From an uncultured Clostridia bacterium (GTDB lineage: Bacteria > Bacillota > Clostridia > Oscillospirales > UMGS1783): a DNA stretch of 64,000 bases. The stretch is from NCBI GenBank assembly GCA_937991645.1, contig CALKPL010000025.1, forward strand, positions 272,026-336,025, read 5' to 3'. A program made the translations under genes and the position numbers. This document shows, in pieces, positions 19,739 to 27,885 of the stretch (position 1 is its first letter; every line of letters starts with the position of its first letter). Under the pieces are notes generated by a model. The model worked only from the letters and a program-made list of their open reading frames with translations, was not told the origin of the DNA and did not search any database.

Positions 19739-21461
19739 CCCCTTTCAGCGCGTCAAAGGCGCACAGGCTCTGACATACGCCGCAGCCGACGCACAACGTC
19801 GCATCCACCGCGGCCTTCCCCGCCTTCATGCTGATTGCGGGACAGCCCAGCCGCATACATGCCTTACAGCCTTTACAAGCGTCGCGGTCCACGCGCAGAG
19901 GCGGATTGTGCTTGACGTATTTGAGCAGCGCACACGGCCGGCGGGAGATGATAACCGATGGTTCGTCCGCTGCGAGCTCCTCCTTAACCGCTGCCTCGCA
20001 GGCCTGAATGTCATAGGGATCCACGACGCGGACGCGGCGGATACCCAGCGCGCGGCACAGCGTTTCCAGATCGATTTTTGCGGCGGGATCGCCCTTGATA
20101 TTATACCCGGTCGTAGGATTGTGCTGATGGCCCGTCATGCCGGTGATGGAGTTGTCGAGAATGATTACAGTGGAATTCGATGCGTTATATGCAACGCCTG
20201 CAAGACCGGTCATACCCGAATGCATAAATGTGGAATCGCCGATAACGGCAACAGAGCTGCGCTGATTGTCTGCATCCGCCTTATTAAAGCCGTGCAGCCC
20301 GGAAATGGACGCGCCCATACAGAGCGTCGCGTCCATGGCCGCGAGCGGCGGCTGCGCGCCCAAAGTATAACATCCGATATCGCCCATGACATGTACTTTA
20401 AGTTTTTGCAAGACATAGAATATGCCGCGGTGCGGACATCCCGCGCACATGACCGGCGGGCGCATAGGCAGGGATTCTTCCAGCACTTCACCCGCATGCA
20501 CCGTTTCGCCCAGGGCCGCCGCGATCATATTCTGCGAATACTCGCCGACCGGCGGGAACAGGTTCTTCCCTTCCACGTCAAGCCCCAGTGCTTTGCAGTG
20601 CCTTTCAATAATCCCATCCAGTTCCTCAATGACGACCAGGCGTTTAACGCTCTTTGCAAAATTTAAAATAAGCTGTTTGGGCAGAGGATTGACAAGGCCC
20701 AGCTTCAGAACATCGGCTCTATCGCCGAACACTTCCTTGACATACTGGTAGCAGGCACTGGATGTGATGATTCCAATTGAACCGTCGCCTTTTTCCACGC
20801 GGTTGAGCGGCGTTGTCTCGGCATACACGGTAAGAGACTCCATACGCTTCTCCACCACGGGATGACGAAGCTTGGCGTAGCCCGGCATCATGATATATTT
20901 CGGCGCGTTCTTCTCATACGGCTTTTTCGGCTGCACTTTACGCTCCGCAGTTTCCACGATGCTCTGTGAGTGCGAGATACGGGTGCACATCTTCAGCAGT
21001 ACGGGCGTGTCAAATTGCTCCGACAGCGCATAGGCCGCGCCGACAAATGCGAGCGCTTCCGCGGAATCGGCAGGCTCCAGCATGGGCAGCTTTGCGGCGA
21101 CCGCGTAATGGCGGGAGTCCTGTTCGTTCTGGGACGAATGCATGCCGGGATCGTCCGCAACTGCGATGACAAGTCCGCCGCCGACACCTGTGTAAGACAT
21201 GGTGAACAACGGATCGGCCGCGACGTTGAGACCGACGTGTTTCATACAGCAAAAACTGCGCCGGCCCGCAAGCGACGCGCCGAACGCGACCTCCAGCGCT
21301 ACCTTTTCATTGGGCGCCCACTCGCAGTAAATGTCATCGTACATGGCGGCGTATTCCGCAATTTCTGTACTGGGGGTGCCGGGGTAGGCGGACAGCACTT
21401 CGCAGCCCGATTCATACAAGCCCCTTGCAACCGCACGGTTGCCGAGCATTAATTCTCTCAT
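19731..21461 (-). CDS. iorA: indolepyruvate:ferredoxin oxidoreductase alpha subunit
   Basis: 576 aa. TPP-binding region GDSTFMHSG and C-terminal ferredoxin-type motifs CKGCKAC...CVGCGVC. Confidence 0.88.
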   Translation of the reverse strand: MRELMLGNRAVARGLYESGCEVLSAYPGTPSTEIAEYAAMYDDIYCEWAPNEKVALEVAFGASLAGRRSFCCMKHVGLNVAADPLFTMSYTGVGGGLVIAVADDPGMHSSQNEQDSRHYAVAAKLPMLEPADSAEALAFVGAAYALSEQFDTPVLLKMCTRISHSQSIVETAERKVQPKKPYEKNAPKYIMMPGYAKLRHPVVEKRMESLTVYAETTPLNRVEKGDGSIGIITSSACYQYVKEVFGDRADVLKLGLVNPLPKQLILNFAKSVKRLVVIEELDGIIERHCKALGLDVEGKNLFPPVGEYSQNMIAAALGETVHAGEVLEESLPMRPPVMCAGCPHRGIFYVLQKLKVHVMGDIGCYTLGAQPPLAAMDATLCMGASISGLHGFNKADADNQRSSVAVIGDSTFMHSGMTGLAGVAYNASNSTVIILDNSITGMTGHQHNPTTGYNIKGDPAAKIDLETLCRALGIRRVRVVDPYDIQACEAAVKEELAADEPSVIISRRPCALLKYVKHNPPLRVDRDACKGCKACMRLGCPAISMKAGKAAVDATLCVGCGVCQSLCAFDALKGDA

Positions 21462-21476
21462 GACAATCCTTCCTTC

Positions 21477-22781
21477 TTATATCTGACCTTCTCGTAAATC
21501 CACAATGCGCTTGGCCTTGCCCTCGTAGCGTTCAAGAGAACGGGGCTGAACCAGCGTGACCTTCGCGTCGATTCCCAGCACGCTGCGCAGGCGGTCGACC
21601 GCCGAAGTACGCAGCTCGTCAAGCGCGGCGTAGTTCTCAAGCAGGCGTTCGTCTGTCAATTCAAACTTGACTTCAAGGTGATCGGTATAGTTCTTGCGGG
21701 TCAGGACCAGCTGATAGTGCGGAGAAACGCCCGCTATATTCGCCATCACGCTCTCGATCTGCGACGGGAATACGTTGACGCCACGGATCTTCAGCATATC
21801 GTCGCTGCGGCCCTTGACCTTGTCCATGCGCGCATGGGTACGGCCGCAGGCGCAGGGTTCGTAATTGATGCGCGTGATGTCCTTCGTGCGATAGCGCAGA
21901 AGCGGAATGCCCTGTTTGGTGAGGGTTGTGATGACCAGCTCGCCCGTCTCGCCCCGTTCCAGCACTTCGCCGGTTTCGCTGTTGATGATCTCGGGCAAAA
22001 AGTGGTCCTCTGCGAAATGCAGGCCGTCGCGCCGTTCACATTCGCCGGAGACACCCGGGCCCATCAGTTCGCTCATGCCGTAATTATCCGTAGAGAACAG
22101 GCCGAACCCGCGCTCTATGCTCTGGCGCAGCTCCGGCGTGCAGCCCTCCGAGCCGAACAGGCCGATTCTGAGCTTCAGCTCACTGTTTGTTATGCCCATA
22201 TCATGCGCAACTTCGCTCATATACATGGCGTAGGAAGGGGTGCTTATAAGCACGGTGCTGCCGAAGTCCTTGAGAATCATCGCCTGTTTCTGCGTGTTCC
22301 CGCTTGAAACCGGAATCACTGCGCAGCCGAGTTTCTCCAGGCCGTAATGCAGGCCCAACGCGCCGGTAAACAGGCCGTAGCCAAACGAGATCTGCGCGAT
22401 GTCGTCCCCGTTTACGCCGACCGCAGCGGCCAGACGGGCGACGCAGTCGCTCCAAATCCCGATGTCCTCGCGGGTATAGCCCACGACAGTCGGTTTGCCG
22501 GTTGTGCCGCTCGATGCGTGGATGCGCACAATATCGCGCATGGGCACGGCGAACAGGCCGTACGGGTAATTGTCGCGCACGTCCGCCTTTGTCGTATAGG
22601 GTATGTACTGTACGTCGGACAGCGACTTGATCTTCTCCGCCGTCACGCCCGCTTCGCTGAGGACGCGGTGGTAATACGGCACGTTTCTGTCACAGTAATC
22701 GACGATATGCCTGAGCCGCTCGAGCTGCAGAGCTTCCAGCTCTCTGCGGGGCATCGTCTCCAGCTCTTTCTGAAAAAACAA
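21477..22781 (-). CDS. paaK: phenylacetate-CoA ligase family protein (paralog 1)
   Basis: 434 aa, TTG start. SSGTTGK motif. Collinear with paralog 2 over its whole length. Confidence 0.85.
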   Translation of the reverse strand: MFFQKELETMPRRELEALQLERLRHIVDYCDRNVPYYHRVLSEAGVTAEKIKSLSDVQYIPYTTKADVRDNYPYGLFAVPMRDIVRIHASSGTTGKPTVVGYTREDIGIWSDCVARLAAAVGVNGDDIAQISFGYGLFTGALGLHYGLEKLGCAVIPVSSGNTQKQAMILKDFGSTVLISTPSYAMYMSEVAHDMGITNSELKLRIGLFGSEGCTPELRQSIERGFGLFSTDNYGMSELMGPGVSGECERRDGLHFAEDHFLPEIINSETGEVLERGETGELVITTLTKQGIPLLRYRTKDITRINYEPCACGRTHARMDKVKGRSDDMLKIRGVNVFPSQIESVMANIAGVSPHYQLVLTRKNYTDHLEVKFELTDERLLENYAALDELRTSAVDRLRSVLGIDAKVTLVQPRSLERYEGKAKRIVDLREGQI

Positions 22782-22861
22782 TCCACTTCCCTCTTTCGAC
22801 CTTATGTTACAAAATAGTATATCACAGTTTCACGAAAATGTCATGTGAAATTCATGCTAAC

Positions 22862-24430
22862 TCAGATTTTCTCGATCTCCACATCCTCGGACAGCGCAAC
22901 TTTCGAGGGGACTGTCACCTGCGTCTGATAACAGGAGAAAACGCGTTCTATATAGTCCGGTTCGGGACGCTTTGTCAGAAGGCTCACGAGCGGGACCAAG
23001 ACCAGACCTGCGAGCATGACAAACGCGCCGGCGTTAATGGGAGAGCGAAGAAAGGCGGGGAAATAGCCGCTGAAAAATACGTTGAGGAGCATAACGACGA
23101 CGCTGAACCCGAAACATGCCCAAACCGCATACTTATTCGCGCGTTTCCAGTACAGGCCGTACAGGAACGGCGCGAGAAACGCACCGGCGAGCGCGCCCCA
23201 CGATATGCCCATCATCTGCGCGATGAAGGTAATGGCGGAATTGTGCTGTACGATGGCGATTACGACGGAAATGGCGATGAACACCACGATCAGAACGCGG
23301 ATGACAAACAGGCGTTTTTTCTCGCTTGCGCGGCGCATAAAAGTTTCACCGAAAAAGTCGAGCGTAAGCGTTGAAGAAGAGGCCAGCACGAGCGAGGAGA
23401 GCGTTGACATGGACGCGGACAGAACGAGAATGATTACGACGCCGATGAGGATATCGGGCAGGTTTTGCAGCATGGTGGGGACAATGGAATCATAGACCGG
23501 CGTGGTCGTACCTGAAATATACTCGATCTGGTCGCCAAACAGGCGGCCAAAACCGCCGAGGAAATAGCAGCCGCCGGCGACGATGAGCGCGAATACGGTT
23601 GAGATGACCGTGCCGGACTGGATCGCCTGCTCGCTTTTAATGGAGTAGAATTTCTGTACCATCTGCGGCAGCCCCCAGGTGCCAAGCGACGTGAGCAGCA
23701 CGACGCCGAGCAGGTCGAGCGGCGCGGGACCAAAGAAAGAGGCGAACACGCCGTTCGCATCGCCCTGCGCGCCGGGAACTTCAGAGAGGCTGTAAAGCGC
23801 CTGCATAAAACCGCCCTGGCCGTTGAGCACGGCCATTATGACGGCGATAATTCCCGCGATCATGATAATGCCCTGAATAAAATCGTTGACGGCGGTCGCC
23901 ATATAGCCGCCGGCAACGACGTATACGCCGGTCAACACCGCCATTACGATTACGCAGATGGAATAATCCACGCTGAAGGCCATGCTGAACAGGCGGGAAA
24001 GCCCGTTATAGAGGGATGCGGTATAGGGAATGAGAAAGACGAACGTAATGGCCGAAGCCGCAATTTTAATAGCCCTGCTGTTATAGCGGCGGCCGAAGAA
24101 TTCCGGCATGGTCGCGCTCGAAAGATGCTGGCTCATAATACGGGTTCTGCGGCCCAGAAGCACCCATGCGAGCAACGAGCCGATCAGCGCGTTGCCGATT
24201 CCGATCCAGGTTGACGCGATACCGAACCGCCAGCCGAACTGGCCTGCGTAACCGACAAATATAACTGCTGAAAAATACGACGTACCATATGCGAAGGCGG
24301 TCAGCCACGGGCCGACATTCCGGCCGCCCAGTACAAAGCCGTGCGTATCCTCCGCCGTTCGGCGGCACAAAAAGCCTACTGTCAGCATAATTCCGAAAAA
24401 AATCAGCAGAAAAATAATTTTGATCCCCAT
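22862..24430 (-). CDS. sodium:solute symporter family transporter
   Basis: 522 aa, polytopic with roughly 13 hydrophobic segments. SSF-like sequence; substrate unknown. Confidence 0.8.
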   Translation of the reverse strand: MGIKIIFLLIFFGIMLTVGFLCRRTAEDTHGFVLGGRNVGPWLTAFAYGTSYFSAVIFVGYAGQFGWRFGIASTWIGIGNALIGSLLAWVLLGRRTRIMSQHLSSATMPEFFGRRYNSRAIKIAASAITFVFLIPYTASLYNGLSRLFSMAFSVDYSICVIVMAVLTGVYVVAGGYMATAVNDFIQGIIMIAGIIAVIMAVLNGQGGFMQALYSLSEVPGAQGDANGVFASFFGPAPLDLLGVVLLTSLGTWGLPQMVQKFYSIKSEQAIQSGTVISTVFALIVAGGCYFLGGFGRLFGDQIEYISGTTTPVYDSIVPTMLQNLPDILIGVVIILVLSASMSTLSSLVLASSSTLTLDFFGETFMRRASEKKRLFVIRVLIVVFIAISVVIAIVQHNSAITFIAQMMGISWGALAGAFLAPFLYGLYWKRANKYAVWACFGFSVVVMLLNVFFSGYFPAFLRSPINAGAFVMLAGLVLVPLVSLLTKRPEPDYIERVFSCYQTQVTVPSKVALSEDVEIEKI

Positions 24431-24604
24431 TGATCCACATTCCGTTCCTTTATCTAATATTTATATTGAACACAAACTTTATCGCAGCATCCGTTACAAT
24501 TTGGCGATAAAGTTTTCATTAATCATATCAAATCAGATACGGTGCGTCAATAGTGAACGCACTGGAATGACAAAAAACATGCGTTCGGCGCCTTACGAAC
24601 GATG

Positions 24605-24629
24605 AAAAGCGGAGGACTCTGTCCTCCGC
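24605..24629 (-). terminator. intrinsic terminator after bofA
   Basis: Stem gcggaggac/gtcctccgc followed by U4 on the minus strand. Confidence 0.7.
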
Positions 24630-24654
24630 CTGCAATACAGAATTATGGCATCAT

Positions 24655-24906
24655 TTATAAAAGGTTTCCAAGCAGGAGAAGCGCTACACCAGGCAGGCCG
24701 AGCAAAACTGAAGTGCCTACTGACAGCAGCGTATAGCCCAGCCCGACGCCTGTTATACCCGCCGTAAGATTGATCAGCACGAGCGCGGCCACTCCGCTCA
24801 CGCTGCTCAACACAATATGTTTTTTCTTTGACATTAGGCGGCCGATAATACAGATGAGCAGCACGGCAAGGACGACGCCGCCCACATAAATGAATACCTC
24901 TTTCAT
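24655..24906 (-). CDS. bofA: pro-sigmaK processing inhibitor BofA-like membrane protein
   Basis: 83 aa with two TM segments. The C-terminal LLGLPGVALLLLGNLL is typical of the BofA family. Confidence 0.7.
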   Translation of the reverse strand: MKEVFIYVGGVVLAVLLICIIGRLMSKKKHIVLSSVSGVAALVLINLTAGITGVGLGYTLLSVGTSVLLGLPGVALLLLGNLL

Positions 24907-25093
24907 GTTTTATTCCCCCTCTTGCCTTTTCTTTCCCAGCGGCGGACATGAAACGCATGTCCCCTCTATCCCATATATATGGCTAAGGGATGAAAATATT
25001 CACGAAAGGCAGGTAAACATGCTTGGATTCGTACATATTCGGGCTTTGGTTTTTATATAGATATATTGTATCTATGAGAAAAGGGGCGGTACC

Positions 25094-25579
25094 ATGTTCG
25101 TTGTCACCATGAAACTCAATAAGCAGTTGTTTTTCGTCTGCTGCGCCATGATTCTGGCTCTGCTCGGCATCACCATTTCCGCCGTTGTATCCAAACCTGT
25201 CGCCGTGAGCGCGGCGGCCATGATTGTCAAAAACAACGAGGACCGCGTATCCTTCCTCAGCAGCTTCGGTTGGACCGTGGACAGCGAGCCCTACGAGGTC
25301 GTGGAAGTCGTGATACCGAGCGAATTTGACGAGGTATACAAGAATTATAACGAGTTGCAGGAGGAGCAGGGATACGACCTGCGCGATTACTGCGGCAAGC
25401 GGCTCAAACGCTGGACGTATCAGATTACCAACTATCCGGGGCGTACAGACGACACGATCTTTGCAAACATATACATATATGAAGACCAGGTCGTGGCGGG
25501 CGATGTGACCTGCACCTCGCTTATGGGGTTCATGCACGGACTCAGCTACACCGCACAGGAGCAGGCGCAGGCCGGTTGA
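25094..25579 (+). CDS. DUF4830-like membrane-anchored protein
   Basis: 161 aa with an N-terminal TM segment. SFGWTVDSEPYEVVEVVIPSEFDEVYKNYNELQEEQGYDL matches my memory of DUF4830. Confidence 0.6.
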   Translation: MFVVTMKLNKQLFFVCCAMILALLGITISAVVSKPVAVSAAAMIVKNNEDRVSFLSSFGWTVDSEPYEVVEVVIPSEFDEVYKNYNELQEEQGYDLRDYCGKRLKRWTYQITNYPGRTDDTIFANIYIYEDQVVAGDVTCTSLMGFMHGLSYTAQEQAQAG

Positions 25580-25622
25580 GATCCTATGTATCCCATCTCA
25601 GCAGGCAATTTTAACGACAAAA

Positions 25623-25652
25623 AATCCCCTGCCTTTTTCAAGGTCAGGGGAT
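25623..25652. terminator. bidirectional terminator between convergent genes
   Basis: Stem aatcccctg...caggggatt with an inner cctt/aagg pairing. Preceded by A-rich and followed by T-rich sequence. Confidence 0.7.
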
Positions 25653-25677
25653 TTCTGCAATCTAATATTGCCGTGAA

Positions 25678-27867
25678 TTACTCTTCTATAATCGGATAGC
25701 AGGTGAAGTATTCCTTATCGATTGCGTAATAAGGTACGAATTTGAAGCGATCAACGCTGTAATGCATCGGGCTTTCTTCTTTAAGGCTTTCGAGCATTTG
25801 TTCGGGAGACATGTTGATTCTCGGAATTGTCGGCTCAATGGTAAGGCGGTTTCGAAGAGGCAAGACCTCCTCCTTCCGAACCTGCGTCAACGCCATCAGC
25901 ATCGGCCCGCATAGCATTGCATAGCGGTCGCTGTTATCCCTGGGCTGGTCGTCGCCCGTGTATTTGATAAGCCTCGGCGATAAATCAAACGCAAAGGTAA
26001 GCGTATCATTATTCTGCCAAACCCGTTTCATTTCAACATAGCTGCCGGGCTTGCCTTCCGCCTGCTTTTCACCGTTTAGGTAAATATCAACAGCCGTTGT
26101 CTGCCATTCGGGGATACGGATACGCAAGGTTTTCTCCTCTGTGGATTTCGGAGTTACGGTAAGTTCAACCTTGCCATTGTAGGGGAACTCGGTTTTCATG
26201 GAAATATCCATATTGTCGCCGGTATAATCGGAAGCAATGTAAAGGTTTACGAAAACTCCCTTTTCATCGGCGCTGTAAATATAGGACGGCACGGTGGGGA
26301 TAAACATAGTAGCCGCAACCTCACAGCAGTTGTTCCAGTTTCTGCCCCATTCCTTTTCGCCGTGGAAACGCACGTGATAGCGCGTCCACCCGTCTTCGGC
26401 GGTACGGCAGGCGGCGATAGCGTTGAATAAGCTTTCTTCCAATGCTTTAGCATATCTTTCTTCGCCGGGGAACAACTGCATTAAGCGCATATTGATCAGA
26501 CACCAGAATACCGATGAACAGGTTTCTCCGTTATGGCCTGTTGTGATATAGTAAGAGCCGGGCGGGTATGGTCCGTCCACCTCGCAGATAGCGGCTGTGC
26601 CGCCGATGTGTATATAATATTTGCGCCAAATTTCATAACCGCCCATCAACGCATCCAAATACTTCCGCTCACCGGTTGCCCTGTATTCGTCCGCGAGGGC
26701 TTCAATGATAAGAAGCGCATAGCAATGCGGCTGATGCCCCGGGTAATTCACCACTGCAAGAGAGTTCTCGTCGGCAAGGGTTTTGAGCAGGTAATCCTGG
26801 TCAAAATACTTCTGCACGGTGAGCATATCGCTGTCCTCTCCTACTTCACTGTTTGCCATGAGTGGCAAGCCAGGGTAGGCATTGGTGGAGTTTGTTCCGC
26901 AAACCATATGGGACAGATGCTGAGGCTGCTTTTCAAGCCAATTATACATTTTGCGCGCGTTATGTAAGCCGTCCGCATTGCCGGCATTGTGAGCATACAG
27001 CATGGCGCGTGTCCAGAAAACTCTGTCATAATTCTTGCGCTCGCTGAAAGGGGTAACGTCATCGTCAAAGGATTCGGACTCGGGATAATAATTAAAGTAT
27101 CCGTCATCCCGCATACGGGCGGTTATATCCGCCATGATCTTTTCGCCGATGGCACGAAGCTCCGCATCCTCCTCCCATAAAAGAAAGTTATATGCGCCTG
27201 CAAGAAGCCTTGCTTCGTTGGACGCAGGCAAGAAGTGCGACCAACCGGGGCCGTCAACGCCGCCGTATATTTCGTCCACCCCGTTATCTTCGCAGTAAAA
27301 GGGCACGTTGAAATCATACTTGATAATTTTATTATTGTCCGCCATCATCTTGGTGAAAATCCTGTCCTTGATTTTTACGCCGCCCTGCGGACAGGTTGCT
27401 TTGTATGCAACCTTTTTCCAGGTCTTCGGGTCAGAGGTTTTCTTAACGCCCCGGGCGATTTCGTCATACTCCCGGAGCTTTAGATCGCGCATATACTCGG
27501 CGTAATTTACAATGGCGTCCGCTTCAAACGACCAAACCTCCAGCACGGCATGCGGGCGCGACTTCACCTTTTCGGAAACCACGGTAATTTCATGGATTTT
27601 ATCGCCGGCAATATCTGTTTTCTCAAAAAGCATTTGCTTCAGATTTTCGCTGTTTTCGGTATTGACGGTAGCCTGATACTCGCCGTCAACATATATCTTT
27701 GCCATGCCGCCGTCGGGCCTTGTATTGAAATAAACGCGTACAAAACTACCGCTGAAGGTAAAGATACATCTGCTGTATTGGATGGATGTGTATCTTCTTG
27801 TTCCGTCATAAACCCAGTTGCCGAAATACTGGATCCCGTTGTATGCTGCCGCATAAGTTTTAGGCAT
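25678..27867 (-). CDS. GH127/DUF1680-like glycoside hydrolase with an extra N-terminal beta-rich domain, cytoplasmic
   Basis: GETCSSVFW...RYAKALEESLFN and NWNNCCEV resemble the ETC...ERALYN and CCPxN regions of the HypBA1 family. I prefer the ATG at 27867 (GGAGG 6 nt upstream). The ORF-track start is 27882. Confidence 0.6.
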   Translation of the reverse strand: MPKTYAAAYNGIQYFGNWVYDGTRRYTSIQYSRCIFTFSGSFVRVYFNTRPDGGMAKIYVDGEYQATVNTENSENLKQMLFEKTDIAGDKIHEITVVSEKVKSRPHAVLEVWSFEADAIVNYAEYMRDLKLREYDEIARGVKKTSDPKTWKKVAYKATCPQGGVKIKDRIFTKMMADNNKIIKYDFNVPFYCEDNGVDEIYGGVDGPGWSHFLPASNEARLLAGAYNFLLWEEDAELRAIGEKIMADITARMRDDGYFNYYPESESFDDDVTPFSERKNYDRVFWTRAMLYAHNAGNADGLHNARKMYNWLEKQPQHLSHMVCGTNSTNAYPGLPLMANSEVGEDSDMLTVQKYFDQDYLLKTLADENSLAVVNYPGHQPHCYALLIIEALADEYRATGERKYLDALMGGYEIWRKYYIHIGGTAAICEVDGPYPPGSYYITTGHNGETCSSVFWCLINMRLMQLFPGEERYAKALEESLFNAIAACRTAEDGWTRYHVRFHGEKEWGRNWNNCCEVAATMFIPTVPSYIYSADEKGVFVNLYIASDYTGDNMDISMKTEFPYNGKVELTVTPKSTEEKTLRIRIPEWQTTAVDIYLNGEKQAEGKPGSYVEMKRVWQNNDTLTFAFDLSPRLIKYTGDDQPRDNSDRYAMLCGPMLMALTQVRKEEVLPLRNRLTIEPTIPRINMSPEQMLESLKEESPMHYSVDRFKFVPYYAIDKEYFTCYPIIEE

Positions 27868-27885
27868 AATTGTTCCTCCCATATT

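Noticed and set aside
24983-25537. A 184-aa minus-strand ORF overlapping the DUF4830-like gene.
   Set aside because: It is antisense to a gene with a good RBS, an N-terminal TM segment and a family-like sequence. Its own translation is low-complexity and it lacks an RBS.
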